Source of the DNA: Candidatus Levyibacteriota bacterium
Lineage (GTDB): Bacteria > Patescibacteriota > Microgenomatia > Levybacterales > UBA12049
NCBI GenBank assembly: GCA_038254115.1
Contig: JBBSGK010000001.1
Location: 2,713-66,712 of the forward strand
Direction: 5' to 3'
DNA: 64,000 nucleotides
Each line of letters opens with the position of its first letter. Positions within the stretch are counted from its first letter, which is position 1. The notes below the pieces were generated by a model. The model saw only the letters and a list, made by a program, of their open reading frames with translations. It had not been told where the DNA came from and ran no database searches. Of the stretch, positions 8,840-19,028 are shown piece by piece. The translations under genes were made by a program, and so were the position numbers.

Positions 8840-11080
8840 TTATATCTTCGTAACAGTTCCATTGTTGGTATTAAGCTTTATTGTATCACCGTTTTTTAGA
8901 ATCTCTGTTGCTGATTTCGTCCCAACAATGCAAGGAATACTTAGTTCCCGGCTTACAATTGCAGCGTGAGAGGTAAGTCCACCGGTATTGGTTATGATAG
9001 CTAATGCTTTACGCATTAATATAACGAATTCAGGACTTGTCGTCGGGCTGACAAGTATAGATCCTTCTTCAAAATCATCTTGGGGATCAAAAACTATGCT
9101 GACTTTTCCTGTAGTTATATTTTTTTTACCCTTACTTGCTACGATGCCTAATAATTGATTTTTTTCTGAGGTGCCTATTTGTTCCTTTGCGAAATTATTC
9201 CATGCAACTTCTGCTTCATCTAGCATTAAATTATTTTTTATAGTTGTTCCAATATATGCATGACTACTATTAGTATCCAGCTTCCCTGATTCTAAGGCTG
9301 TTATTATATCTTTGTAAAAATAATTTTCAAGAATATCGATATTTATATTTAGCAGAACTGATGCCCTCTTAAGTAGAGTGAATCTATAGAAATGGGTGAG
9401 AAGCGAAAGCCCTTTTCTTTTATCCTGCCAAATTATATTTTTCCAAATAAGATTGGACATTTTGACAATATTACCGGGTAAATTATATTTATCTATAATT
9501 TTTTTCTTTTCCTCCTTCGACATTTTAATTTTTTGTTTTACCTTTTCTTTTAAGTTCTTATCCAATTCTTTTTTTCTTTTCTCAAAAAAACTTAAGTTCA
9601 AAATTTTGGACCCTGAATAATTGTTCTGCAACCAAAAATAATTATTCAGATGTTTTTCCAAATCTGTTGCATTTGATAAATCAATTTCTTCCTGCTGGTT
9701 GTATGAGATCTCTTCAGGGGTTGTTAATATCTGGATTGCATCAGTAAGTTCTTTTTTATTTTTAATTATTCTTGAGAGATTTTCTTTTAACACTTCTGTT
9801 GACCCGTAATTTCCTAACTCAGCAGGAATTGTCGGCAGCCAAAAATTAACGGCCAACTTATAAAATTCCTGTATGATATTTTTTAAATCAGTTTTGGAAA
9901 GTGTATCTATTTTATTAGTCTCTAATTTATTTTGGAAATTCTCAAGTCTCGCAACTGCCATATCAAATTCTTGATGCCACTTAATCATATTTTTGTTCTT
10001 TAAAACATAGTCTGTGAATATTTTCATTCCTGATTCTGTCATTTCTTTTTGAACGCAGATCCATACCATTTGTACATTATGAAAAAGTAATAATGTTCCG
10101 GGAAAACTTGTACCCAGATATTTTTTAAGCTGTGAGGCAGCATCTACATAATCTGAAAGATAGAATATTTTCCCAGGCATTGGTCCCCAGCGAAAAAGTA
10201 TTTCGTTGTCCCACGGCGGGAGATTAGTTTTTTCTTTAACGTTTGATGGATCCGGAAGTGTAGTGATTGGTCTTGATTGGGTGATATAAAATCTACCTTT
10301 TTCAAATGCCCATTCGATGTCACATGGAAATCCATAATGATCTTCAATTCTTTTACCCAATTTAGTCAATTCTATAACCTGGTTATCATTAAGTGAAAAT
10401 TTATCTCTTAATTTTTCTGAAACATTAATAGATTTGTTTTTCTTGCCATCAAAAGCGTACATTTTATCTTTACTTCCCAAGTCTTTATTTAGGATTGAAA
10501 GTTTATTTTTGTCAACAATGTAATTATCGGGGGTAATTATTCCCTGTACAATATATTCGCCCAGTCCATATCCTGACTCAATTACTATTTCATCTTTATT
10601 TCCCGTTACTGGGTTTGCTGTGAATATTACTCCTGACACCTCACTATTAACCATCTTCTGGACAACAACAGCAACTGCCAGATCATCCTTTTTTGTTTTG
10701 TTGTCTTTTGCATATGCCTTTGCGCGGTCGGATTTGATAGAGCCAAAACATAGTATAATATTTTCCAGCAAATTTTCCCGGCTTACATTTAAATAACTCT
10801 CGAGTTGTCCGGCCCATGAGGCGCTTGAGGAATCTTCGGCAACAGCAGATGATCTGACTGCCACTCTTCCTGTTTTTAATTTATCGAAGGCAGATAAGAC
10901 TTCTTTTTTAAATGTTTCTGAAAAAGTTTTATCGCTAAAATCTTTAAATGCTTTAGTAGTTACGACAAATCCGGATGGAACAGGTATACCTGCATTTATC
11001 ATTTCTCTCAAAGATGCGCCCTTGCCTCCCGCTGTTGTAACATCATTTTTTGAAATGTCTTCAAATTTTTTTATATACAT
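8840..11080 (-). CDS. PEP-utilizing enzyme family protein (PpsA-type N-terminal nucleotide-binding domain plus a C-terminal swivelling phosphohistidine domain; rifampicin-phosphotransferase-like architecture)
   Basis: The N-terminus is …TTAGGKGASLREMINAGIPVPSGFVVT…. The C-terminus is …GGLTSHAAIVSRELSIPCIVGT…, with no TIM-barrel PEP-utilizers_C domain after it. Confidence 0.7.
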   Translation of the reverse strand: MYIKKFEDISKNDVTTAGGKGASLREMINAGIPVPSGFVVTTKAFKDFSDKTFSETFKKEVLSAFDKLKTGRVAVRSSAVAEDSSSASWAGQLESYLNVSRENLLENIILCFGSIKSDRAKAYAKDNKTKKDDLAVAVVVQKMVNSEVSGVIFTANPVTGNKDEIVIESGYGLGEYIVQGIITPDNYIVDKNKLSILNKDLGSKDKMYAFDGKKNKSINVSEKLRDKFSLNDNQVIELTKLGKRIEDHYGFPCDIEWAFEKGRFYITQSRPITTLPDPSNVKEKTNLPPWDNEILFRWGPMPGKIFYLSDYVDAASQLKKYLGTSFPGTLLLFHNVQMVWICVQKEMTESGMKIFTDYVLKNKNMIKWHQEFDMAVARLENFQNKLETNKIDTLSKTDLKNIIQEFYKLAVNFWLPTIPAELGNYGSTEVLKENLSRIIKNKKELTDAIQILTTPEEISYNQQEEIDLSNATDLEKHLNNYFWLQNNYSGSKILNLSFFEKRKKELDKNLKEKVKQKIKMSKEEKKKIIDKYNLPGNIVKMSNLIWKNIIWQDKRKGLSLLTHFYRFTLLKRASVLLNINIDILENYFYKDIITALESGKLDTNSSHAYIGTTIKNNLMLDEAEVAWNNFAKEQIGTSEKNQLLGIVASKGKKNITTGKVSIVFDPQDDFEEGSILVSPTTSPEFVILMRKALAIITNTGGLTSHAAIVSRELSIPCIVGTKSATEILKNGDTIKLNTNNGTVTKI

Positions 11081-11081
11081 C

Positions 11082-11654
11082 TTATCTAAACGGTTCTTCC
11101 GGATTGAGACCTAATTCTGCCCTCACTTTTTTTATTCGCTTTAAATACTCTTCAAAAATATCTGCTTGTTTATGTATTCTATAAAATCCTTCGGCATTTT
11201 TATAAAGTGAAGAATCAAGTACGTCAACATCTTTGACTATTTCTACATACGGATCATCCGAAATAATTTCTTTTTCGCTGTGATGGGCAACAGAATTTGA
11301 AATTGTTTTTATTTCCTCTTCCGTAAATCCTCCAACATCTCTTAAAATTTTTTCAGCAATTGGGGCACCCTTCGGTCCGTGATTTTTGTACGATCCGGTC
11401 GTAATTACATATATGTCATGAAGAGTGGATGCTGTTTCAGTAATTTCTACATTTAGATTTCTTTTTTGGGCGAGGATTCTTGCAATCTGCGTACATCCTG
11501 CAGCATGTTTTAATTCAAAGATTATTCCATTCTCCCTTTCTGAATCAGGAATTTTTGATTCAAGTATCATTTGAATTACTTTTCTCTCAACCTTTTCAAA
11601 TTTTGTTAAATCATTACCTTTATAGTGATGGAAATCTTTATATTGTTTGCTCAT
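11082..11654 (-). CDS. HD-domain phosphohydrolase
   Basis: It has the HD signature …LKHAAGCTQIARILA…LHDI…. Confidence 0.7.
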   Translation of the reverse strand: MSKQYKDFHHYKGNDLTKFEKVERKVIQMILESKIPDSERENGIIFELKHAAGCTQIARILAQKRNLNVEITETASTLHDIYVITTGSYKNHGPKGAPIAEKILRDVGGFTEEEIKTISNSVAHHSEKEIISDDPYVEIVKDVDVLDSSLYKNAEGFYRIHKQADIFEEYLKRIKKVRAELGLNPEEPFR

Positions 11655-11665
11655 TTATGTGAATA

Positions 11666-13123
11666 TTACTCTTTTGTGCCCCGTAAGTAAACCGCTTTCC
11701 AAGGGCGGTAGTTGGAGACAAATTTATCATCTGCAATTGTTTTTCCGTCTTTTTTGACACTCCGCGTGAAGTATACATTGGCTCCGCCTGCTGCAAAGTC
11801 AATTTGTTTGGTCTGTCCTTTTGGAAGAGTTGGGTCATCCTGGTATTCCGTCTCAGGCGCTGCGGATTGGCTCAAAATTACAGGTTTATTAATTATTGTT
11901 TCCCGAGTATCCCTGGTACCAAATAGCTGAAAAGTCAGACGCTGCTCCTGTAAATCTATAACGGTCTGGATCAATATATAATGACCTGTGTCATTTTTAA
12001 ATTTCAAATCAACACTGGGGGAATAAATCGCTGCATCAATCCCGGGCGGTGAGTCCTCTTCGTAATAACCGACTCTGTAGGCATGCTGATTGCGCTCGAC
12101 AATAGGCAAGCCTGCATTAAGCGCAGCACGAAAAAGAGTTGTTGAGACTTGGCAGACTCCTCCTCCATCTCCCAAAACAGTTTTCCCGCCAGATATAACA
12201 TACGCCTGCTTGTATCCGGTAAGAGACGTGATATCTCCGACTGTTTTGACAAAAGAAAAAGTTGCACCTGGTTTAATTAACGCTCCGTTGATTCTGGATG
12301 CTGCGAGGTTAACATTGTAAATCCTATTTTCTATCGAATGCCCAAAAAGCGATGTCCCCTCGGCAACAAGCTCTTTAATGCCGTAGTTATTAAGCTTCTC
12401 AGTTGAGACTTTTGGCTCAATTATTTTTATAGGGATATTTAATACAAAAACATGAGGTTTACCTGACGCGGCAATAGTATTCATTTCTGATAATATTTCA
12501 CTCTTCAGTTTTTCTTTATCAAGACCTTTCCCATTTTTGGAGAGCTTGAATGCTACAACACGTCCGTTTTCAAAGTTAAAGAGTCCTTCTACGGGATCAG
12601 TATTAATTTTTTTAGATAGGGGTGAAATTAGTTGATCCAATCTTTCTTCCTTATAATGGGTAGCCGGTGGAAGATGTATTCCTCCTACATATGCTTGCAG
12701 AACAATACTAATGTCGGAAAGGAGATTTCCCGATCTGCCGATTGTATATGCCTGCTGAGACAAAAGATCCTCATCGTAACCGAAATCTATTTGTTTTGCA
12801 GAAATTGTTGCTACTGTGTCATCTGAACTAAGGGTAAAAACGCTTTCCTGAATGTCTTTATTTTTTTTGGCAAAGTAGTTTTTTATTTTTTCCCGACTAT
12901 CACCCCCGAATTCGGTCCCGTTTACGTAAACACCTTCATAAATCTTGTCTGTATAATTTGTACGGTATGAAAGATAAATAAAGCTCACAAAGAAGAAAAA
13001 ACCTATTATTATTCCCAATGCAAACCAAAATGTAATTTTTGCAAACCTCTTGAATGGTTTTTCCTTTGCTGGAGGTGCTTTTTTAACTTTTATCTTCTTA
13101 GGCTTTGATGAAACCGTTTCCAT
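11666..13123 (-). CDS. VanW family protein
   Basis: It has an N-terminal TM anchor and a C-terminal VanW core …GGGVCQVSTTLFRAALNAGLPIVERNQHA…. Confidence 0.75.
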   Translation of the reverse strand: METVSSKPKKIKVKKAPPAKEKPFKRFAKITFWFALGIIIGFFFFVSFIYLSYRTNYTDKIYEGVYVNGTEFGGDSREKIKNYFAKKNKDIQESVFTLSSDDTVATISAKQIDFGYDEDLLSQQAYTIGRSGNLLSDISIVLQAYVGGIHLPPATHYKEERLDQLISPLSKKINTDPVEGLFNFENGRVVAFKLSKNGKGLDKEKLKSEILSEMNTIAASGKPHVFVLNIPIKIIEPKVSTEKLNNYGIKELVAEGTSLFGHSIENRIYNVNLAASRINGALIKPGATFSFVKTVGDITSLTGYKQAYVISGGKTVLGDGGGVCQVSTTLFRAALNAGLPIVERNQHAYRVGYYEEDSPPGIDAAIYSPSVDLKFKNDTGHYILIQTVIDLQEQRLTFQLFGTRDTRETIINKPVILSQSAAPETEYQDDPTLPKGQTKQIDFAAGGANVYFTRSVKKDGKTIADDKFVSNYRPWKAVYLRGTKE

Positions 13124-13162
13124 ATTTGTGGTAAAGGTATTATACTATAAATATCGACTATT

Positions 13163-14677
13163 ATGGACGAGAATGTAGTATTTGATCCTGAAAATAAAAA
13201 CGCTCAAGAGTCTTCACAGGCGAATGTTGTTGTGAAGCAGCCAGTAGACACAGTTCCTCAGCAAACGACAGCTGACACGCCTCAGAATGTTGAGGTAGCC
13301 CCCGTTACATCAGCAAATCCGGGACGAGATACGGGTGATGTTCCACCCAGTGATCCGCCGCCGATAAGATCAGGTATATCTGGAGGCGGAATTTTGAAAA
13401 AAATTATTATTGGCGTAATTATTTTAATAATTCTAATTGTTATTATTTTCATTTTTATCCCTAAAGGAAATGGCAATAAAAAAGCAAAACTGGTTTGGTG
13501 GGGATTGTGGGAGGATCAGGCAACCATGCAGCCTTTAATTTCAGATTTTCAGAAAGCACACCCCAACATTACTGTTGAATATATCAAACAAGACCCAAAG
13601 CAATATAGAGAAAAACTTATGACACGGATTAAAAATGGAACAGGTCCGGATATTTTCCGTTTTCACAATACCTGGGTTCCAATGCTTTCTGATGTATTAT
13701 CGCCGTTATCCTCAGATGTAATAACTGCCTCTGAATTTAAAAAGAATTATTATCCTGTTATGCAAAAAGATTTAACCCAAAATGGGGGAATTTATGGGAT
13801 TCCATTGGGTGCAGATTCTCTAGCACTTTTTGTTAACACAGATATTTTAGAGAAAGCAGGAGTCTCACCCCCCCCAAATTGGGTCGATTTTATAACAGTA
13901 GCCCGCGCTCTTACAGTAAAAGACCCGGAAACAAAAAAAATAAAAACTGCCGGGGCAGCCCTGGGTACATATGGGAATATAACGCATGCGCCAGATATTA
14001 TTTCTCTTCTTTTTATCCAACAAGGTGTTGATATAAAGAAATTTCCATCTTCAGGAGCTAACCAAATTGAAGCTCTTGATTTTTATACTAAATTTGCCAA
14101 GGGAGATAATACCGTTTGGGATAGCACGCTTGATGAATCTATTCTCGCTTTCGCCCGGGGAAATCTTGCTATGTACATTGGTTTTTCATGGGATATATTT
14201 AGAATCAAAACTCTCAACAAGGACCTTTCATTTAGTACTCATCCGGTCCCGCAACTTGTCGGTCAAAAAGCAACTCTTGCAAGTTATTGGGTTGAGGGTG
14301 TATCCGCAAAAAGCCCAAATCAAAAAGCGGCATTGCAGTTTATGCAGTATTTGAGCAAGAAAGAAACAGCCCAAAAGTTTTATAGTACAGTTAGCAAAAC
14401 CCGCCCATTTGGAGAACCTTTCCCGAGGCGCGACTTGGCAGCCTCATTAAAAGATAATAAGCTGGTATATCCATTCGTAACTCAGCTTGAAAGCGCTTCA
14501 TCTTCGTATTTTGCAAGCGATACAAATGATGGAGAAGGAGGTATAAATTTTCTTGTGAATACTTATCTTGGAAACACTGTGAACGCAATGGTCAGTGACA
14601 ATAGTTCGCCTCAAACGGTTGTTGAGACACTAGACAAGGGAGTTGGACAGGTTTATCAAAAATATGGAATACAATAA
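13163..14677 (+). CDS. ABC transporter extracellular solute-binding protein (family 1, sugar/MalE-like) with a Pro-rich N-terminal region and a TM anchor
   Basis: …LVWWGLWEDQATMQPLISDFQKAHPNITVEY… is typical of SBP_bac_1. It is membrane anchored rather than a lipoprotein. Confidence 0.75.
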   Translation: MDENVVFDPENKNAQESSQANVVVKQPVDTVPQQTTADTPQNVEVAPVTSANPGRDTGDVPPSDPPPIRSGISGGGILKKIIIGVIILIILIVIIFIFIPKGNGNKKAKLVWWGLWEDQATMQPLISDFQKAHPNITVEYIKQDPKQYREKLMTRIKNGTGPDIFRFHNTWVPMLSDVLSPLSSDVITASEFKKNYYPVMQKDLTQNGGIYGIPLGADSLALFVNTDILEKAGVSPPPNWVDFITVARALTVKDPETKKIKTAGAALGTYGNITHAPDIISLLFIQQGVDIKKFPSSGANQIEALDFYTKFAKGDNTVWDSTLDESILAFARGNLAMYIGFSWDIFRIKTLNKDLSFSTHPVPQLVGQKATLASYWVEGVSAKSPNQKAALQFMQYLSKKETAQKFYSTVSKTRPFGEPFPRRDLAASLKDNKLVYPFVTQLESASSSYFASDTNDGEGGINFLVNTYLGNTVNAMVSDNSSPQTVVETLDKGVGQVYQKYGIQ

Positions 14678-15626
14678 TCAAGCACAGGTTTTGAAAGCCA
14701 TTGACTCAGCGTGGCGTGCCCGCCTTGCTGCGAGGCGAGCAATCCTAAAAACCCTTTTATATAGCGATATTTTTGATTTTCCACTGAGTCGTATTGAGCT
14801 GTGGGAGTTTTTAGTAGCAGATAGAGATATAAGAAAAGATGTCTTTGAGCAAGCACTGGATAATTTATTACAAGTTGGATCCATTAGTCGCCGCGGTCAG
14901 TACTATTGCTTAGATGGAAAAATAAAAAATATTGAAAAGAGACTGAAAAATCTTCCGGAGGTTTCGAAGAAGTTGTTGATTGCGCAAAAAGCCGCGCGTT
15001 TCTTATCTTTTGTTCCGACAATCCAATTTATTGGAATAAGCGGGGGGCTCGCTATGCTAGACGCTGGAGAACAGGATGACATTGATTTTTTCGTAATTGT
15101 AAAAAGAAAAACAATTTTTATTACCAGGATTTGGATATTGGGGATACTTCAAATGCTAAAACTTAGAAGGACAAGGACAGATAGTAATCCGGCAGATAAA
15201 ATTTGCGTTAATTTTATGCTTGATGAGGACAACCTAAACTTTTCTAAAGAAAAGCGCGATATTTATATAGCTCACGAGATTGTTCAAGTAAAACCGCTTT
15301 TTGAAAGAGATAATACATATTCAAAATTTCTGAGAGCAAATACTTGGGTAAAAAAATTTTTTCCAAACTCTCAGCCACAACACTCTTACCTTTTGCGCAA
15401 AAACTCCGCGCTTCATGACTGTTTTAAGACATTTACTTTTCTTCTCCAGTTCAAGCCGTTTACCAATTTATTAAAATGGGCTCAGATCAGGTATTTAAAG
15501 AGGCATCAAACTATTGAAAAAGTCTCAGATCGCAGCATTGCATTTCACCCAAATGATTATAGGGTACAAACCATTAGGAAAATGAACCTAAAGCTTCGGC
15601 AATTAGGTTTATTGACAAACTTCTGA
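14664..15626 (+). CDS. hypothetical protein with a possible minimal nucleotidyltransferase-fold motif
   Basis: GISGGLAMLDAGEQDDIDFFVIV fits hG[GS]-x(9-13)-Dh[DE]h. A start at 14664 avoids a long overlap; the track ORF starts at 14643. Confidence 0.35.
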   Translation: MEYNNQAQVLKAIDSAWRARLAARRAILKTLLYSDIFDFPLSRIELWEFLVADRDIRKDVFEQALDNLLQVGSISRRGQYYCLDGKIKNIEKRLKNLPEVSKKLLIAQKAARFLSFVPTIQFIGISGGLAMLDAGEQDDIDFFVIVKRKTIFITRIWILGILQMLKLRRTRTDSNPADKICVNFMLDEDNLNFSKEKRDIYIAHEIVQVKPLFERDNTYSKFLRANTWVKKFFPNSQPQHSYLLRKNSALHDCFKTFTFLLQFKPFTNLLKWAQIRYLKRHQTIEKVSDRSIAFHPNDYRVQTIRKMNLKLRQLGLLTNF

Positions 15627-15671
15627 ATATTATTTATACTTTCACAGAATTAGCTTAGCTATTCATTTATT

Positions 15672-15702
15672 CCCTCCATCATTCAGTGTTGAGGGATTTT
15701 TT
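15672..15702 (+). terminator. rho-independent terminator candidate
   Basis: TCCCTC … GAGGGA forms a 6-bp stem with a long loop, followed by a T6 run. Confidence 0.45.
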
Positions 15703-15716
15703 ATAAATAATTTAAT

Positions 15717-16193
15717 ATGAGCTTGAGCAATAAAAAAATTTATTTGACTCCAAAGGGTTTGGAGGATCTTAAAAAAGAATATGACCAGCTAGTCACGACA
15801 CGGCGTAAGGAAGTTGTTGAAAGACTTTCCTCAGCCCGCGAGATGGGGGATCTGTCGGAAAATGCAGAATATACTGCGGCCCGTGAGGAGTTGGCATTTA
15901 TTGATGGGAGAATTGAGGAGCTTGAGATGCTTTTGAAACAAGCTGTTGTTATAACTGATGCAGGTCACCACGGTGGAAAAATTGTTGATCTGGGTTCAAA
16001 AGTGACTGTAAAGGTAAAAGATAAAGAAGAAATCTTCACTTTGGTGGGTGAGTGGGAAGCTGATCCTACTGATAAAAAGATATCTCACGAATCACCACTT
16101 GGGAAAGCGCTGATTGGGAAAACTGTTGGGGATGATATTGAAGTCGAAGCTCCTGCTGGCAAAATGGTCTACACAATTGTTGAGATAAAATAA
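15717..16193 (+). CDS. greA: transcription elongation factor GreA
   Basis: …LSSAREMGDLSENAEYTAAREELAFIDGRIEELE… matches GreA/GreB. Confidence 0.9.
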   Translation: MSLSNKKIYLTPKGLEDLKKEYDQLVTTRRKEVVERLSSAREMGDLSENAEYTAAREELAFIDGRIEELEMLLKQAVVITDAGHHGGKIVDLGSKVTVKVKDKEEIFTLVGEWEADPTDKKISHESPLGKALIGKTVGDDIEVEAPAGKMVYTIVEIK

Positions 16194-16253
16194 TATATTT
16201 TTTTAAACATTGACCTCATAACTCCTAAGATTTATAATACAAACACCTAAAAT

Positions 16254-19028
16254 ATGGACCGTGATATTGAAAAAATCAAAGCCTATACCCGCGCCGCCAA
16301 TTATTTGACGGTGTCACAAATTTATCTCAAAGATAATTTTCTTCTCGATAGGCCTCTAAAACCTGATGATATCAAGCCGAGACTTGCCGGACACTGGGGG
16401 ACTTGTCCCGGGGTTAATTTTGTTTATGCGCATTTGAATCATCTTGTCAAAAAGCACAAGCAATCATCAATTTTTGTTCTGGGGCCGGGCCATGGAATGG
16501 GAGGGCTTCAGGCAAATTTATTTCTTGAGGGAACACTGCAGAAGTACTACAGTGAGGCTAAGCGGGATGAAAAAGGAATTGGATACATTTCAAAGCGGTA
16601 CACATGGCCATATGGATTTTCAAGCCACAGCAGTCCTGAGACTCCAGGATTAATACTTGAAGGCGGGGAATTAGGCTACTCGTTATCTAGCGCTTATGGT
16701 GCTATTCTGGACAATCCCGATTTGCTTGCTGCATGTTTGATAGGGGATGGGGAAGCCGAAACAGGCGCAATTGCGGGAGCGTGGCATATCAACAAACTGA
16801 TTGATCCTGCAACCAATGGCGCTGTCTTACCGATCCTTCATGTTAATGGGTATAAAATTTCAGGTCCTACAATCTTTGGCCGGATGAGTAATAAAGAGCT
16901 TGAGGAATTATTTAGCGGATATGGGTATGAACCATTTTTTGTTGAAGGCAAAGATTTGGATGAGCAAATGTATAAAACTCTTGAGATATGCTATCAACGT
17001 ATCAAAAATATCCAACAAGTTGCCCGGGGTATTAATCCACCATTTAAGCCCCGTTTCCCAATGATTGTTATGCGGACTCCAAAAGGGATGACAACTGTTA
17101 AAGAGTTAAGGGGGCAAAAAATAGAAGGAACTATTCTTTCACACCATGTTGTAATGCCTACTGTTAAAGGCGATGAACACGAACTTCAAGCGCTTGAGGC
17201 ATGGCTTAAGTCATATCATTTCGAAGAATTGTTTGATAAAAAGAAAGGCTTTTCACAAGATATTCTGGACAACATTCCACCAGACAAATTTTTAATTGGT
17301 GACAATCCTCATATGTTCGGAAAAAAATACAAGCCTCTTATTTTGCCAAAAAGTAAAGAATTAGAAAAGGCGGTTGCAACACCAGGTGAGATACAGTCAA
17401 ATTCCATGCGTATGGCAGGAGTTTATCTGAAAGAGATTTTTACGCTTAATAAAAAAGAAAACAATTTTCGCCTGATGTCACCTGATGAGACTTATTCCAA
17501 TCGGCTTGATAATGTATTTGAAGTGACTGGGCGGGCATGGGTTTGGCCGCATGAGGAAGGGGATCGCGATATGACTAGGTCGGGTAAGGTCATGGAAATG
17601 CTTTCTGAGCAAAACTTACACGGGCTTGCTCAGGGATATACGTTAACTGGAAGACATGTTGCATTCACTACGTATGAAGCTTTCGCGCAAATTTTTGCCA
17701 GCATGGCACACACTTATCAAAAGTTTCTTAAATATGTAAGGAAAATGCCATGGAGACAGGATATCCCCAGTCTTAATTATTTTATAACCTCAACCGTTTG
17801 GAGGCAGGAACGAGATGGTTATTCTCACCAGAATCCGGGGTTTATCTCCGGCATGCTTGAGAAGCATAATGATTTTATCAAAGCCTATTTTCCGGTTGAT
17901 GATAATAGTATGCTAGCAACACTTGACGAAACAATGGCTTCAAAAAATCAGATAAATATTATAACTGCCGGTAAAACACCAGAACCCCGTTGGTTGACAT
18001 ATGCACAAGCAAAAAAATCACTTGAGCAGGGTCTTTCTACGTGGGAATTTGCGAGTGATGAGAATCCACACATTGTTTTGGTTGGAGTTGGAGATTATGT
18101 GACCAAAGAGGCAATGGCTGCAATTGAGACGATTAAGTTGGATGCTTCAGAGATTAGAATTCGATTTGTAAATATTGCCCGCCTGCAGGCTGCTTGTGAA
18201 TGCGAGGATGAATTTCATCCTCAAATTCCTGAGGCTGAAAAATACTTCACAGTTGATAAGCCGGTGATTGTCAACTTTCATGGATATCCTGAAGCCATGC
18301 AGTCAATATTGTTTGGTGTCAAGAATCCTCAGCGTTTTTCAGTTCATGGATATAACGAATGGGGAGGAACAACGACGCCTTTTGATTTGTTAGTCCGAAA
18401 CAGGACAGACAGATATCATTTGGCAATTGAAGTTGCTGAGACTATGGCAAAAGAGGAAGTCATAACGCATGAGAAAAAAGAAGTGTTGATTAATAAATAC
18501 AAAAAAGCTCTGTCAGATCACCATGATTATATTGTGAAAAATGGTTGTGAGCCAGCAGAAATTGAAAATTGGCAATGGTTAGGAAAACAGTCAGAAAAAG
18601 TGACAGTAAGTGAAATAAATCATAATGAAATTTTAAAAAGTGCCCGCACAATTGCATTTATTGGTTTGTCAGATAATCCCGAGAGACACAGTAACCGGGT
18701 AGCGAAATATTTCCAAAATAAAGGATATCGGATCATTCCGGTTAATCCAAATGTTGAGGAGGTACTGGGTGAGAAATCATACAAAACTTTTACATCAATT
18801 CCGATAGATACTCATATTGATATAGTAGATATTTTCAGAAAGCCTGCGGATGCAATAGCGCATATGAGGGAAATTGTTGAGCGGGGAGGCATAAAAACGG
18901 TCTGGCTTGCAGATGGTGTAAATAGTCCGGAAGCTGAAGATTTCGCAGAGGATTATGGTCTTTCTATGGTTACTAATTATTGTATAATGGATGCATACAA
19001 GGATCTGGAAAAACAAAAAATTATATGA
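16254..19028 (+). CDS. xfp: xylulose-5-phosphate/fructose-6-phosphate phosphoketolase fused to a C-terminal CoA-binding (YccU/CoA_binding_2-like) domain
   Basis: The N-terminal roughly 800 aa match XFP (…AGHWGTCPGVNFVYAHLNHL…, thiamine-diphosphate enzyme). The extra roughly 120 aa (…IAFIGLSDNPERHSNRVAKYFQNKGYRIIPVNPN…VDIFRKPAD…IKTVWLADGV…) match the stand-alone CoA-binding domain. Confidence 0.85.
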   Translation: MDRDIEKIKAYTRAANYLTVSQIYLKDNFLLDRPLKPDDIKPRLAGHWGTCPGVNFVYAHLNHLVKKHKQSSIFVLGPGHGMGGLQANLFLEGTLQKYYSEAKRDEKGIGYISKRYTWPYGFSSHSSPETPGLILEGGELGYSLSSAYGAILDNPDLLAACLIGDGEAETGAIAGAWHINKLIDPATNGAVLPILHVNGYKISGPTIFGRMSNKELEELFSGYGYEPFFVEGKDLDEQMYKTLEICYQRIKNIQQVARGINPPFKPRFPMIVMRTPKGMTTVKELRGQKIEGTILSHHVVMPTVKGDEHELQALEAWLKSYHFEELFDKKKGFSQDILDNIPPDKFLIGDNPHMFGKKYKPLILPKSKELEKAVATPGEIQSNSMRMAGVYLKEIFTLNKKENNFRLMSPDETYSNRLDNVFEVTGRAWVWPHEEGDRDMTRSGKVMEMLSEQNLHGLAQGYTLTGRHVAFTTYEAFAQIFASMAHTYQKFLKYVRKMPWRQDIPSLNYFITSTVWRQERDGYSHQNPGFISGMLEKHNDFIKAYFPVDDNSMLATLDETMASKNQINIITAGKTPEPRWLTYAQAKKSLEQGLSTWEFASDENPHIVLVGVGDYVTKEAMAAIETIKLDASEIRIRFVNIARLQAACECEDEFHPQIPEAEKYFTVDKPVIVNFHGYPEAMQSILFGVKNPQRFSVHGYNEWGGTTTPFDLLVRNRTDRYHLAIEVAETMAKEEVITHEKKEVLINKYKKALSDHHDYIVKNGCEPAEIENWQWLGKQSEKVTVSEINHNEILKSARTIAFIGLSDNPERHSNRVAKYFQNKGYRIIPVNPNVEEVLGEKSYKTFTSIPIDTHIDIVDIFRKPADAIAHMREIVERGGIKTVWLADGVNSPEAEDFAEDYGLSMVTNYCIMDAYKDLEKQKII

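Noticed and set aside
14643-14663. Earlier ATG start (14643) for the NTase-like ORF, giving a 35-nt overlap with the SBP gene
   Set aside because: The second ATG at 14664 removes most of the overlap and is equally compatible. Start choice is unresolved, not rejected outright.
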